Of a stretch of DNA of 64,000 nucleotides, positions 1-9,755 are shown in pieces. The DNA comes from Vicinamibacterales bacterium (lineage in GTDB: Bacteria; Acidobacteriota; Vicinamibacteria; Vicinamibacterales; UBA2999). The first letter of the stretch is position 1; every line of letters begins with the position of its first letter. A program made the translations under genes and the position numbers. A model generated the notes under the pieces. That model was given only the letters and a program-made list of their open reading frames with translations, searched no databases and was not told the DNA's origin. Location of the stretch: assembly GCA_050250875.1 (NCBI GenBank), contig JBFWNV010000002.1, positions 384,334 to 448,333 of the forward strand, written 5' to 3'.

Positions 1-1
1 A

Positions 2-724
2 GTGGGCCGCGACCGGCAGCGTCGGGTGGCCGAACTGCGTGAGCGCCTGATGATAGAGGTCGACGAAGGGCCGGAACCGCACCGGGCTGCCGCCGATGAT
101 CGCCACGGTGAGCGGGAAGCCGTAGCGGGCGGCGCGTACCACCGATTCGGGGCTGCCGCCGACGCCGACCCACGTCCGCAGCCGCCGCCCGTCCTCGATC
201 GGCGGATACACGCGCTGCTGGCGGAGCGCCGGCCGCGTCCGTCCCGACCAGGTCACCGGCTCGCCGGTCTGCAGGGCCGCGAACAAGCCCAGCTTCTCCT
301 CGAAGAGCCCCTCGTAATCGGCGAGGTCGTAGCCGAAGAGCGGGAACGACTCGGTGAAGGACCCGCGGCCGAGAATCACCTCGGCGCGGCCGTGGGAGAG
401 CGCGTCGAGCGTCGAGAAGCGCTGGTAGACGCGAATCGGATCGTCGGTGCTGAGCACGGTCACCGCCGATCCAAGGTGGATCCGCGTCGTCCGCGACGCG
501 ATCGCGGCCAGCACCACCTCGGGCGCCGAAATGGCGAAGTCGGCGCGATGGTGCTCGCCGACGCCGAAACAGGCGAGCCCGACCTGGTCGGCCAGCACGG
601 CTTCCTCGACGACGTGGCGCAGCACCTGCGCCTGCGACAGCGCCAACCCATCGGGGCCGAGCGTGACGTCGCCGAAAGTATCGACGCCGAAGGCGATCCG
701 GTCGGGCGGAACGGGCAGGTCCAT
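2..724 (-). CDS. LLM-class (luciferase-like) flavin-dependent oxidoreductase; C-terminus lies beyond the left window edge
   Basis: Hand translation of the reverse strand from ATG 724-722 gives MDLPVPPDRIAFGVDTFGDVTLGPDGLALSQAQVLRHVVEEAVLADQVGLACFGVGEHHRADFAISAPEVVLAAIASRTTRIHLGSAVTVLSTDDPIRVYQRFSTLDALSHGRAEVILGRGSF... and stays open to position 2. It is missing from the ORF track only because no stop lies in the window. The FGVGEHH-type N-terminus is typical of LLM TIM-barrel oxidoreductases. Confidence 0.75.
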   Translation of the reverse strand, partial: MDLPVPPDRIAFGVDTFGDVTLGPDGLALSQAQVLRHVVEEAVLADQVGLACFGVGEHHRADFAISAPEVVLAAIASRTTRIHLGSAVTVLSTDDPIRVYQRFSTLDALSHGRAEVILGRGSFTESFPLFGYDLADYEGLFEEKLGLFAALQTGEPVTWSGRTRPALRQQRVYPPIEDGRRLRTWVGVGGSPESVVRAARYGFPLTVAIIGGSPVRFRPFVDLYHQALTQFGHPTLPVAAH

Positions 725-742
725 CCGATCGAGTCTACCCGC

Positions 743-1846
743 TCAGAGCGGACCGGTCGCCGGACGGCCGATCGTCGCCACGGAGTCGCCGGCCACCACC
801 GGCGGTCCGGCCAGCCCGTAGAGCACGTAGCCGTCGATCGGCGACACCACGGTCTCGACGAGCGCACGGCGGTAGTCGCGGATCGTGCCGATCGTCGCCC
901 CCGCTTTCACCACGCGGCCTGTCGTGGCCACCGGCGTGAAGATGCCGGTCGTCTTCGCGCTCACGCCCGTCGTGTCGTCGAACCAACGTGTGTCGGCGCG
1001 CGGCGGCGGCGTCCCCGCGTTCATGCCGAACTCGCGGAGCAAGTTCTCGACGCCGGTGACGATCGGCGTCACGAAGGCATCGTCGGTACGGCCGTTCTCG
1101 CCGATCTCGACCAGCACCGTCGGCGTGCCGTCGGCGACGGCCTGCCGATTGAGGGACCGTCCGCTGTCCACCTGCGCCTGGGTGTTCATCGAGTACTTGA
1201 CGTAGTTGGGCAGGCCGAACGCCAGCGCCATGCGCCGCGCATCGGCGTACTGCGCGGCGGCCAGCGGCCCGCCGTAGGCCCCGGCAAAGGCCTCGAGCCA
1301 CTCGGCGCCGTCGCCCCCGTGCAGTTCGACATGCAGATCCGAGCGCCGGATCACCTCGGTGGTCAGCGTCCAGGCGATGCGCTCGGCCTGGCTGCCGTCG
1401 GCCGTGCCGGGGAACATCCGGTTGAGGTTCTTCCGATCGAACGGGTTGACGAACGGGACGCGCTGCTCGAACGCGGCGACGTGAGCCAGGCGCACCAGGA
1501 TCACCGTGCCCGCCAGCGTCGCCGGGTCGATGCGATCGCGCAGCCGCTGGGCGGCGAGAATAGGCGCGTACTCGAAGCCGTGCACGCCGGCGGTCAGCGC
1601 CAGCGCGCGGCCGGGCCGGGCGCCGTGGAACACCGTGGTCAGCACCGCCGTGGCCGGGTCGCCGGCACCGGCGGGCACCACGAGGTCGACGTCGGCCCGC
1701 TGACCCGCCGGCACCGAGGTACCGCCGATCGCGAACGGCCGGCTCGCCTGGCGAGCCTCGCCCCTCGGCGTCGTCACCGCAATAGCCGTCGCGATGGCCG
1801 CGACGCCGGCGAAGAACCGCCGCCTCGCCGCTGATGTCTCGCGCAT
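743..1846 (-). CDS. Succinylglutamate desuccinylase/aspartoacylase-family (M14-like) zinc hydrolase, secreted
   Basis: 367-aa ORF with ATG at 1846-1844. Signal-like N-terminus MRETSAARRRFFAGVAAIATAIAVT. HxxE-type zinc motif (GVHGFEYAP). Balanced amino-acid composition, unlike the overlapping Arg/Gly-rich shadow ORFs. Lies 18 nt upstream of the LLM gene start. Confidence 0.75.
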   Translation of the reverse strand: MRETSAARRRFFAGVAAIATAIAVTTPRGEARQASRPFAIGGTSVPAGQRADVDLVVPAGAGDPATAVLTTVFHGARPGRALALTAGVHGFEYAPILAAQRLRDRIDPATLAGTVILVRLAHVAAFEQRVPFVNPFDRKNLNRMFPGTADGSQAERIAWTLTTEVIRRSDLHVELHGGDGAEWLEAFAGAYGGPLAAAQYADARRMALAFGLPNYVKYSMNTQAQVDSGRSLNRQAVADGTPTVLVEIGENGRTDDAFVTPIVTGVENLLREFGMNAGTPPPRADTRWFDDTTGVSAKTTGIFTPVATTGRVVKAGATIGTIRDYRRALVETVVSPIDGYVLYGLAGPPVVAGDSVATIGRPATGPL

Positions 1847-1976
1847 CGTCCGACTTTACCGCCCATCCGGGTGGCCGACCGGCGCGAGCCAATGGATGGC
1901 CGGTTGACCCCGTTCACTGGGCCGGCAGCGGCGATCAGCGGGGCGCCGACCCGGCGGCGCCGCCGGCGCGCGACGC

Positions 1977-2013
1977 TTGACACGGACGCTTATTTGTCAC
2001 ATTGTAAGTTACA
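1977..2013 (+). promoter_or_regulatory. Putative promoter/operator of the Rrf2 gene: TTGACA (1977-1982), N17, CATTGT; palindrome TGTAA-G-TTACA (2003-2013) abuts the ATG
   Basis: An AT-rich island in GC-rich DNA immediately 5' of ATG 2013. The -10 is weak, so the call is tentative. The geometry would give a leaderless or near-leaderless transcript. Confidence 0.3.
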
Positions 2014-2474
2014 TGAAACGTGACAGCCGGCTGTCCGGGGTCCTGCACCTGCTGCTGCACATGGCCGATCACGACGGGCCGGTCACCTCCGAGGTGCTCG
2101 CCCGGGCGATGGACACCAACCCGGTGGTGATTCGGCGGGTGATGGCCGGGCTGCGGCGGCGGCGTCTGGCCCGCTCCGCCACCGGCCATGGCGGCGGCTG
2201 GACGCTGGCCCGCGATCCCGACGCCATCTCCCTGCGCGACGTCTACGAGGCGTTGGGGCGGCCGGGGCTGCTGGCCATCGGCCATCGCACCGAATCGCCG
2301 GGCTGCCTGGTCGAGCAGGCCGTGAACGCGGCGCTCGGTCGCGCGTTCGACGAGGCCGAGGCGCTGCTGCTCGCGCGGTTCGGCGAGGTGACGGTGGGAA
2401 TGCTGAGCCACGCCGTCCGCCGGCATCCGCACTGGCGGCGGCGGGTCGCGGCGCTGGAGAAGGCCCATGCGTGA
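2013..2474 (+). CDS. Rrf2-family transcriptional regulator
   Basis: [49 protein letters not shown]... is a typical Rrf2 winged-helix N-terminus. The track start (TTG 1977) coincides with the -35 box, so I use ATG 2013. Confidence 0.8.
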   Translation: MKRDSRLSGVLHLLLHMADHDGPVTSEVLARAMDTNPVVIRRVMAGLRRRRLARSATGHGGGWTLARDPDAISLRDVYEALGRPGLLAIGHRTESPGCLVEQAVNAALGRAFDEAEALLLARFGEVTVGMLSHAVRRHPHWRRRVAALEKAHA

Positions 2475-3360
2475 CGACGCGATCATCGTCGGCGGCAGTT
2501 TCGCCGGCCTGGCGGCGGCGCTGTACCTGGCCCGGGCGCGGCGTTCGGTCACCATCGTCGATGCCGGCGCCCCGCGCAACCGGTTCTCCGCCCGCGCCCA
2601 CGGCGTGCTGGCGCAGGATGGCCGCCCTCCCGTCGAGATCCTCGCCGCGGCACGCGCGCAGGTTCTGGCCTACCCGAGTGTCCGCGTCGTCGAGGGCGAG
2701 GCCGTGGACGCCGCTGGCCAGGCCGACGGGTTCACCGTGACTCTGCGCACCGGCGCGCGGCTCGAGAGCCGGCGCCTGGTGCTGGCCTTCGGCGTCCGCG
2801 ACGAGCTGCCGGCCATTCCCGGTTTGGTCGAGCGCTGGGGCCGCTCGGTGCTGCACAGCCCCTACTGCCACGGCTACGAGTTCAGCGGCCGGCGGCTGGG
2901 CGTGCTGCACACCTCGCCGCACTCGCTGCAGCAGGCGCAGCTCATCGCCGAATGGGGGCCGACCACCTACTTCCTCAACGGTGCGGAGACGCCCGACGAG
3001 GCGGCGCTGGCGGCGCTCCGCGCGCGTCACATCGCCCTGGAGCCGGCAGCCGTCGCGGCACTCCGCGGGCCCGGTGACGCGCTGCAGGCCCTCGAGTTGG
3101 TAGATGGCCGAACCGCCGACCTCGATGCGTTGTACGTGGGCCCCCGGACGCACCTCAACAGCGACCTCGCCATCCGCCTGGGCTGTGCCCTCGACGACGG
3201 ACCGTGGGGGCCGACGATCCGCACCGACGCGACGAAGCTGACGACAGTGGCCGGCGTCTATGCGGCCGGCGACATCACCCGGAGCATGCACAACGTCACG
3301 TTCGCGGCGGCCGACGGCGTAGCAGTGGGGATGGCAGCGCACCGCGCCTTGGTCTTCTGA
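2467..3360 (+). CDS. FAD/NAD(P)-dependent oxidoreductase, thioredoxin-reductase-like
   Basis: N-terminal dinucleotide-binding motif [18 protein letters not shown] and C-terminal GVYAAGD motif. The start overlaps the Rrf2 stop by 8 nt, which indicates an operon. Confidence 0.8.
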   Translation: MRDDAIIVGGSFAGLAAALYLARARRSVTIVDAGAPRNRFSARAHGVLAQDGRPPVEILAAARAQVLAYPSVRVVEGEAVDAAGQADGFTVTLRTGARLESRRLVLAFGVRDELPAIPGLVERWGRSVLHSPYCHGYEFSGRRLGVLHTSPHSLQQAQLIAEWGPTTYFLNGAETPDEAALAALRARHIALEPAAVAALRGPGDALQALELVDGRTADLDALYVGPRTHLNSDLAIRLGCALDDGPWGPTIRTDATKLTTVAGVYAAGDITRSMHNVTFAAADGVAVGMAAHRALVF

Positions 3361-3383
3361 GTTCCGGCACCGGTGGTCCGGAC

Positions 3384-3412
3384 TTGACAGCCGGTGAGCA
3401 CGGGCGTATCGT
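3384..3412 (+). promoter_or_regulatory. Sigma70-type promoter candidate: TTGACA (3384-3389), N17, TATCGT (3407-3412)
   Basis: Perfect -35 hexamer, 17-nt spacer and a 4/6 -10, located about 55 nt upstream of the TonB-dependent receptor start. Confidence 0.45.
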
Positions 3413-3427
3413 AATTCGAGTTTTGAT

Positions 3428-3451
3428 TGTTCAAAATACACATTTTGAACA
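3428..3451. promoter_or_regulatory. 24-bp perfect palindrome TGTTCAAAAT-ACAC-ATTTTGAACA (candidate repressor operator)
   Basis: Ten-bp perfect inverted arms with a 4-nt centre. Strongly AT-rich in GC-rich DNA. Sits between the predicted -10 and ATG 3466. Confidence 0.5.
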
Positions 3452-3465
3452 CAGGGCTCAATCCG

Positions 3466-5880
3466 ATGCCGCTCCGTAACTCACTGCTGCGACTCGCCTT
3501 CTGCGTCATGCTCAGCGCGGCCGTGCCGGCGCCCGCGGCGGCGCAGGTCACGACGGCGATTCGCGGCACGGTCCTCGATGACTCCGGCGCCGCGGTCCCC
3601 GGCGTGGCCATCAGCCTGCGGCAACCAGCGAGCGGCCTGGAACGGGTCACGACCTCCGACGGCGTCGGCCGGTTCGAAGTCGCCAACCTGCCACTCGGCA
3701 GTTTCGATGTCGCCTTCGAGATCGCCGGCTTCACCACCGAGCATCGCCGCGTGACCGCCGCCACGGCGCTGCCGGTGACCCTCGAGGTCGTTCTGGTGCT
3801 GGCACCCGTGACCGACGTGGTCACCGTGCGGCCGCCTGCGCCGACCATCGACACCGCCTCGGCCGGTACCCGCCACGCCGTGAGCGTCACGCGGATCGAA
3901 CGGCTGCCAGTGGCCGTGTCCAGCCGCGGTCTCGAGGCGGTCCTGGTCGCCTTCCCCGGGTTCTCACAGAACGCCAACGGCGCCATCCATCCGCGCGGCG
4001 CGCACAACCAGATGACGTTCGTGGTCGACGGGTTGCCGATCAGCGATCAGCTCACCGGTGCCTTCGCCAACTCGCTCGACGTCGGCGTGGTGCAGACGGC
4101 CGAGCTGCTCACCGGCAACATCCCGGCGGAGTTCGGCAGCAAGGTGTCGGGCGTGGCCGTGCTCAACAGCCGCAGCGGCCTCGGCACGGGACGGGCCTCC
4201 ACCGGGTCGGTGTCGCTGTCGGCGGGTGGCTTCGACACCCGGATGGCCACGCTGCAGTGGGGCGGCGAGCGCGGCCGTGTCGGCTACTTCGGCTCGGCGA
4301 CGACGATGCGCACCGATCGCTTCCTCGATCAGGTGTCGCGCGACAACCTGCACAACGGCGGCCGCTTCGCCCGCGGCTTCGGCCGCGCCGACGTGCGGCT
4401 GTCCGACCGCGACACCTTCCGGGTGCACGCGATGGGCGGCGGCTCGACGTTCGAGCTCGCCAACCTGCGCTCGCAGCAGGCCGCCGGCCAGGATCAGCGG
4501 CAGGCCCTCGAGGACGTGTCGGTGTGGACGACATGGCTCCGCACGCTCGAGTCCGCCTCGACGCTCGAGGCGACGGCCGGCTACCGCAGCACCGGCGCCA
4601 TGCTCACTCCCAGTGCGGGCGACACGCCGGTCACGGCGGCACAGGACCGCCGGCTGTCGACGCTCAGCCTGACGACCCGCTACACCCGCGCCGCCGGTCC
4701 ACACGTCATTCGGGCGGGGGTGGACGTCCAGCGATTCCCGGTCGACGAGCGCTTCTCCATGGGACTCACGTCGCCGACCTTCAACGTGCCCGGATCCGGC
4801 GGCTTCAACGAGGCGCTCCTGCCTTACGACCTGACCCGCGGCGGCGGCCTGTTCGTGTTCGACGACGCCAGGACCGGGACCCAGGCGAGCGCGTTCGTGC
4901 AGTCCACCTGGCGGCTGCAGGATCTGACCGTGAACATCGGCGTGCGGCACGACGAGTACCGCTTCCTCGTCACCGGCCGGCAGTTCCAGCCCCGCGTCGG
5001 CCTGTCCTACAAGCTCCCGGGGCGCGACGTGGTCGTCCGCGCGTCCTACAACCGCAACTATCAGACCCCGCCCAACGAGAACCTGCTGCTGTCGAATTCC
5101 GAGGCCGCCAGCCGGCTCGCCCCTGCCAGCGTCCGCGAGGCGCTCGGCGGTGCCTACCAGCCGATCCGGCCGGAACGGCAGGACGTGTTCGAGGTCGGCT
5201 CGCAGCTGTCGATCGCCGGCCTGATGACCTTCGACGCGGCCGTGTACCGCAAGGTGTCGCGCGATCAGCAGGACAACAACAACTTCTTCGACACCGGGAT
5301 CATCTTCCCGACGACCCTGAAGCGCATCACCGTGACCGGCGCGGAGGCACGGCTGACGCTCCAGCCGCGCCGCGGCGTGTCGGGCACGCTCAGCGCCACG
5401 ACCGGCCGGGCGATCTCGTCGCCGCCCTTCACCGGCGGCCTGTTCCTCGGCCAGGACGCCGTCGACCTGCTGTCGGCCGGGCCGTTCGCCATCGACCACG
5501 ACCAGCGGCTGGCGGTGCACGGGGCGCTCACCTACGATCCCGCGGGACCGTGGTGGCTGGGCACATCGGTGCGCTACGACAGCGGCCTGGTGTCGAACCC
5601 GTCCGATCCCGCCGCGGTGGCGGCCAACCCCGACTTCGCCGATCTGCTGCCCTACGTGAACCTCGGCGCCGCGACCCCGCGGGTGCGGCCGCGCACGATC
5701 GTAGACGTCGCCGGCGGCCTCGATCACGCCGACGCGCGCGGCCGGCGCACCTGGGGCCTGCACCTGCAGCTGACCAACCTGACCGACCGCACCGCGCTCT
5801 ATAACTTCCAGTCGGTGTTCGTGGGGACCCGCCTCGTGCAGCCGCGCACGGCCTCGGTGCGGCTGACCCGGTATTTCTGA
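3466..5880 (+). CDS. TonB-dependent receptor with N-terminal carboxypeptidase-regulatory-like domain
   Basis: Signal peptide MPLRNSLLRLAFCVMLSAAVPAPAAAQ. CarboxypepD_reg-like segment (IRGTVLDDSGAAVPGVAISL...GRFEVANLPLGSFDV). Plug-like region (IHPRGAHNQMTFVVDGLPISD). Terminal aromatic residue (...RLTRYF). Confidence 0.85.
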   Translation: MPLRNSLLRLAFCVMLSAAVPAPAAAQVTTAIRGTVLDDSGAAVPGVAISLRQPASGLERVTTSDGVGRFEVANLPLGSFDVAFEIAGFTTEHRRVTAATALPVTLEVVLVLAPVTDVVTVRPPAPTIDTASAGTRHAVSVTRIERLPVAVSSRGLEAVLVAFPGFSQNANGAIHPRGAHNQMTFVVDGLPISDQLTGAFANSLDVGVVQTAELLTGNIPAEFGSKVSGVAVLNSRSGLGTGRASTGSVSLSAGGFDTRMATLQWGGERGRVGYFGSATTMRTDRFLDQVSRDNLHNGGRFARGFGRADVRLSDRDTFRVHAMGGGSTFELANLRSQQAAGQDQRQALEDVSVWTTWLRTLESASTLEATAGYRSTGAMLTPSAGDTPVTAAQDRRLSTLSLTTRYTRAAGPHVIRAGVDVQRFPVDERFSMGLTSPTFNVPGSGGFNEALLPYDLTRGGGLFVFDDARTGTQASAFVQSTWRLQDLTVNIGVRHDEYRFLVTGRQFQPRVGLSYKLPGRDVVVRASYNRNYQTPPNENLLLSNSEAASRLAPASVREALGGAYQPIRPERQDVFEVGSQLSIAGLMTFDAAVYRKVSRDQQDNNNFFDTGIIFPTTLKRITVTGAEARLTLQPRRGVSGTLSATTGRAISSPPFTGGLFLGQDAVDLLSAGPFAIDHDQRLAVHGALTYDPAGPWWLGTSVRYDSGLVSNPSDPAAVAANPDFADLLPYVNLGAATPRVRPRTIVDVAGGLDHADARGRRTWGLHLQLTNLTDRTALYNFQSVFVGTRLVQPRTASVRLTRYF

Positions 5881-5893
5881 GGCGACGGCGCCG

Positions 5894-7279
5894 TCACTTC
5901 GGCAACCGCTCCTCCATCTCGGCGACCACGTAGGTCACGACCGCAATCGCCGCGGCGGCCTGGGAGACCTCTTCGGGCGCGATCCGGTCCACCGTGTCGG
6001 CCGGCGTGTGGTGAATGGTGAAGTAGCGCGTGGCGTCGCCCTGGTAGGCCATCATCGGCACGTTGCCGGCCTGGGCGATCGGTCCGATGTCGGCGCCGCC
6101 GCCGCCGGGGCCGATCTCGGCCATGCCGAGCGGGGCGAGGAGCGTGCCGATGTGGTCGATGACGGCCCGGGCCGCGCTCGAGCCCGAGAAACCCAGGCGC
6201 GATGGCGCGAACACGCCCGAGTCCGATTCCAGGGCGAAGACGTGGTCGGCGGCCGTCGCCTTGTGGGCGTCACGGTAGGCATTGCCGCCGCGCAGGCCGT
6301 TCTCCTCGTTGGTGAACAGCCCGAGGCGCACGGTGCGGCGCGGCTGCAGGCCGAGCCGCTTCATGAGACGCAGCGCCTCCCAGGTGACGATGCAGCCAAC
6401 GCCGTCGTCGGAGGCCCCGGTGCCGATGTCCCACGAGTCGAAGTGGCAGCCGACGAGGACGATCTCGTTCGGATGGTCGCGGCCGACGATCTCGCCGAAC
6501 ACGTTCGCCGACTCGACGTCGGACTCGAACCTGGCCTCCATGCGCAGACGGACGCGGACGCGCAAGCCGCGGTCGGCCAGCCGCTGGATCCGGTTGGCGT
6601 CCTCGGCGGCGATGGCCGCCGCGGGGATCTTCGCCGCAGCCTCGCCGTAGCTCATGTTGCCGGTGTGCGGCGTGCGCAGGCCCATCGGCCCGACGGCGCG
6701 GACGAACGACGCCACGGCCCCGTGCCGCGCGGCGGCGGTGGCTCCGCCCGAGCGATACTGCACCGTCTCGCCGTAGCTGGTGTACGGCACGTTGAACAGC
6801 ACGATCCTGCCGCGGGCCTCGGCCGCCCTCGCGTCGAGGTCCTGGAAGCTCTTCACCACCAGCACGTCGGCTTCGACGCCGCCCGGCGGCGTGCCGACGC
6901 TGCCGCCCAGGCCGAGCATCGCGATTGGATGCTCCGGCGGATCGACGATGACGGCGTTCTCCTGGCCGCGCACCCAGCGCGGCACCATCACGCGCTCGGT
7001 GTGGACGTTGGCGAGGCCGTCGGCCTTCAGCGTGGTCACCGCCCACTTGATGGCGCGGTTCAGGTTCTCGGATCCCGACAGACGGTTGCCGTAGGTGTCG
7101 GTCAGCTCGGCGAGCCGGCGCCAGGCGAAGTCGTCGGCCTGGGCGGCGGCGATGAGGCGGGACGCCGCCTCCTGATAGGGGGCGACACGCGACGGGACGG
7201 CGGACTGGCCGGTCGGCGACACGGTGGTCGCCGCCACGAGGCCGGCGACGAGGCCGGCAGCACGCAAAGAAAGGGGCAT
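5894..7279 (-). CDS. M28-family aminopeptidase with PA domain, secreted
   Basis: MPLSLRAAGLVAGLVAATTV signal peptide, then ...VGCHFDSWDIGTGASDDGVGC...FTNEENGLRG..., which are M28 metal-ligand motifs. The track ORF (to 7750) has an Arg-rich extension that overlaps the neighbouring receptor gene. An alternative start is ATG 7303. Confidence 0.8.
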   Translation of the reverse strand: MPLSLRAAGLVAGLVAATTVSPTGQSAVPSRVAPYQEAASRLIAAAQADDFAWRRLAELTDTYGNRLSGSENLNRAIKWAVTTLKADGLANVHTERVMVPRWVRGQENAVIVDPPEHPIAMLGLGGSVGTPPGGVEADVLVVKSFQDLDARAAEARGRIVLFNVPYTSYGETVQYRSGGATAAARHGAVASFVRAVGPMGLRTPHTGNMSYGEAAAKIPAAAIAAEDANRIQRLADRGLRVRVRLRMEARFESDVESANVFGEIVGRDHPNEIVLVGCHFDSWDIGTGASDDGVGCIVTWEALRLMKRLGLQPRRTVRLGLFTNEENGLRGGNAYRDAHKATAADHVFALESDSGVFAPSRLGFSGSSAARAVIDHIGTLLAPLGMAEIGPGGGGADIGPIAQAGNVPMMAYQGDATRYFTIHHTPADTVDRIAPEEVSQAAAAIAVVTYVVAEMEERLPK

Positions 7280-7335
7280 GGCGCCGATTGTATCCGGCGC
7301 CATGCCCGGGACGGCCGCGGGGACGGCCAACGAGA

Positions 7336-9588
7336 TCAGAACTTGACGGTGTAGACCAGCCGGAACGCCCGGCCCATCTCGGGCACGACGTCCTTGAGGA
7401 AGTTCAGGTGGTTCCGGTAGAACGTGTTGGTCGCGTTGTCGAGACGCGCGGTCACGGTCTGGATGGCGCGCGTGGACTGCAGCGTGTAGGTGGCGTAGGC
7501 GCGCAGCAGGCCGTAGGCCGCCGTTTCGGTCTCGGCGCCGAACACGCGGTCCTGCCGCGACACCGCCGTGCCGTTCACGCCCACCTGCAGCGGACCCTGT
7601 GTATAGCGAAGTCCGGCCATGAAACGCTGCGGCGGGATGCGCGGCAGCGGCTGGCCGTCGGCGCGCCGCTCGGCGCGGACGAAGTCGTAGGTCGACTCGA
7701 TCGCCAGCCGCTCGGTGAGAGTGACGTCGGCATGCGCCTCGACGCCCCACAGCGTCGCGTCGGTGCCGCTGAACTCGATGATCGGGAACTCGGCTTCGTG
7801 CCCGTGGTCCTCGCCGTCTTCGTGGACGACGCCGAACCGCTCGTCGAACTCCTCCTCGCGCGCCTCGAAGTCCTCCTCGGGCACCGGGGTGCGGAAGATG
7901 AAGTCGTCGATGCGGTTGTGAAAGACGGTCACCGCGCCCTGCAGACGCGAGGTCCGCGCCCGCACTGACACGTCGAAGCCGAGGGCGTGCTCCGCCTTCA
8001 GGTCCGGATTGCCGACTTCGAAGGTCAGGTTGCCGAAATGCGGACCGAAGAAGTAGAGCTCCTCGAGAGCCGGATTGCGGGCGGCGCGCGCCAGGCTCAC
8101 CGCGATGACCAGGTTGTCGCTGGCCGCCTGCGGGCGGAAGAGGCCGCCCACCGAGGCCGAGAACTGGGTGAAGTCGCGGTCGGGCAGCACGCCCCCCGGC
8201 GCGAACGAGGTGTGATCGACGCGGCCGCCGAACTGCAGCGAGAAGTGGGGCCAGTTCACCTCCTCGTAGAGAAACGCGGCCAGCGTCCGCTGGTCCACCG
8301 GCGGCGACAGCGCCTCGGCGCCGGCGGCGGCGAACTGCCGGTCGAGGAACCAGCCACCCACCGATCCCGACAACCGGCCGGCCGGTCGATGCGACACCAT
8401 GGCCTCGCCTTCGACGGTGTTGTTCTCGAACCGGGTGCCGATCTCCTCGCCTTCGAGCTCGGTGTGGGTGTAGCGGCGGACGCCCAGGGTGGCGCGATAC
8501 GAACTGAACAGCCCGCTCAGGCCCTGACCGCCGGCGCGCGCCGAGAACGCATGGCGCTTGGGCGTGAGGCTGATCTGGCCGTCCTCGAGCACCGGCACGC
8601 CGTACTTCGTGTCGTCGTAGCCATAGCTGACGCCGGCGTACTGCCGGTCGCCGGTCCAGCCGCCGCCGACGTTGACGAAGCCGCTGCGCGACTGTGAGTT
8701 GTCGACCTCCCCGTCGCGCGTGTGGTAGCTGTCGGCACGCTGGCCGCCGCCGCCGAAGTGCAGGGCGAAGCGGCCGTTGCCGACGTGGACGTCGCCGGCC
8801 GCCCCGGCGGGCAGGTTGTTGCTGCCGGCGTTGAACGTGAACGAGCCGGTGGGCGCCGTCACCTTCTCGGTGGGGATCTGGTCGGTGACGATGTTGACGA
8901 GCCCGCCGATGGCGTTGGCCCCGTAGAGCAGCGTGGCGGGGCCGCGTACCACCTCGATACGCTGTGCCGACGCCGGGTTCACGGGCACACCGTGGTCGCC
9001 CGACTGGCTCGACAGGTCGCCCATGCGCTGGCCGTCCTGCAACACCAGCACCCGGTCACCGTCGAGACCGCGGATCACCGGCCGGGCCGGGCCGGGACCG
9101 ACCGATCGCATGGTGACACCCGGCTCGTTCTGCAGCGTCGCGCCGATGGTGTCCTGGAGCTGACGCTGGAGGTCTTCATTCGAGAGCACGGACGTCGGCT
9201 GGTACGACTCGAACTGCGGTCGCGGGTTGGGGCTGACCGAGAGCACCTCGGCGAAGTGCAGGTCGAGGTCCACCTCGAGATCGAGCGTCGCCGCGCCGGC
9301 GCCGACGGTGACCTCGGCGCGCCGGCTGCTGTACCCCTCGGCCCGCACCGACACGTGGTACTCGCCCGGCGCGAGTTTGTCGAAGGTGTAGGTGCCGTCC
9401 TCGGCGGTGCGTGCCTCCCGGCGCAACTCCTCCAAGACCACGGCGGCGCCGCCCATCGGCTCGGTCGTCCCGGCACGTGTCACCTTGCCGGTCAGGGTGC
9501 CGGTCTGGGCGAATGCCGGGCCGGCCGTGGCGAGCAACAGCGCGGCGATGGACAGCACGCCGCGGACGAGTACGACCGAGTGACGCAC
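7336..9588 (-). CDS. TonB-dependent receptor with carboxypeptidase-regulatory-like domain
   Basis: GTG start at 9588 preceded by AAGGAG (5-nt spacing). Signal peptide ...LLLATAGPAFAQ. Plug motifs (IRGLDGDRVLVLQDGQRMGD, IEVVRGPATLLYGANAIGG). C-terminal ...VYTVKF. Confidence 0.9.
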   Translation of the reverse strand: MRHSVVLVRGVLSIAALLLATAGPAFAQTGTLTGKVTRAGTTEPMGGAAVVLEELRREARTAEDGTYTFDKLAPGEYHVSVRAEGYSSRRAEVTVGAGAATLDLEVDLDLHFAEVLSVSPNPRPQFESYQPTSVLSNEDLQRQLQDTIGATLQNEPGVTMRSVGPGPARPVIRGLDGDRVLVLQDGQRMGDLSSQSGDHGVPVNPASAQRIEVVRGPATLLYGANAIGGLVNIVTDQIPTEKVTAPTGSFTFNAGSNNLPAGAAGDVHVGNGRFALHFGGGGQRADSYHTRDGEVDNSQSRSGFVNVGGGWTGDRQYAGVSYGYDDTKYGVPVLEDGQISLTPKRHAFSARAGGQGLSGLFSSYRATLGVRRYTHTELEGEEIGTRFENNTVEGEAMVSHRPAGRLSGSVGGWFLDRQFAAAGAEALSPPVDQRTLAAFLYEEVNWPHFSLQFGGRVDHTSFAPGGVLPDRDFTQFSASVGGLFRPQAASDNLVIAVSLARAARNPALEELYFFGPHFGNLTFEVGNPDLKAEHALGFDVSVRARTSRLQGAVTVFHNRIDDFIFRTPVPEEDFEAREEEFDERFGVVHEDGEDHGHEAEFPIIEFSGTDATLWGVEAHADVTLTERLAIESTYDFVRAERRADGQPLPRIPPQRFMAGLRYTQGPLQVGVNGTAVSRQDRVFGAETETAAYGLLRAYATYTLQSTRAIQTVTARLDNATNTFYRNHLNFLKDVVPEMGRAFRLVYTVKF

Positions 9589-9755
9589 GCGGACTCCTTG
9601 TGGAAGGCTGTCCGAGAGTAGCGCCCGCGTGAGCCAACCGCCACCACGAGCCGGCCAGCTGCCGCCACGCCCCCATCGGTGGGTGCCTGGCCCCCATGAG
9701 TGGTGAACCGCGAGCGGGTGCCGCCCTCGTGTTACCTTCGACTCACCGCGCCGAC

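Noticed and set aside
2-1834. 610-aa plus-strand ORF covering the first 1.8 kb
   Set aside because: Arg/Gly/Asp/His-rich, low-complexity translation. It is antisense to two genes with clear family signatures (LLM oxidoreductase and AstE-like hydrolase). This is a typical shadow ORF of GC-rich DNA.
3427-3465. ATG 3427 as the start of the first TonB-dependent receptor
   Set aside because: It lies inside the 24-bp palindrome downstream of the predicted -10 box, and it adds MFKIHILNTGLNP before an otherwise perfect signal peptide. ATG 3466 is preferred.
9589-9755. Possible cobalamin or other riboswitch in the leaders of the TonB-dependent receptor genes
   Set aside because: I could not find a B12-box-like core or any other conserved riboswitch element on either strand. 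Only a normal AAGGAG SD is evident.
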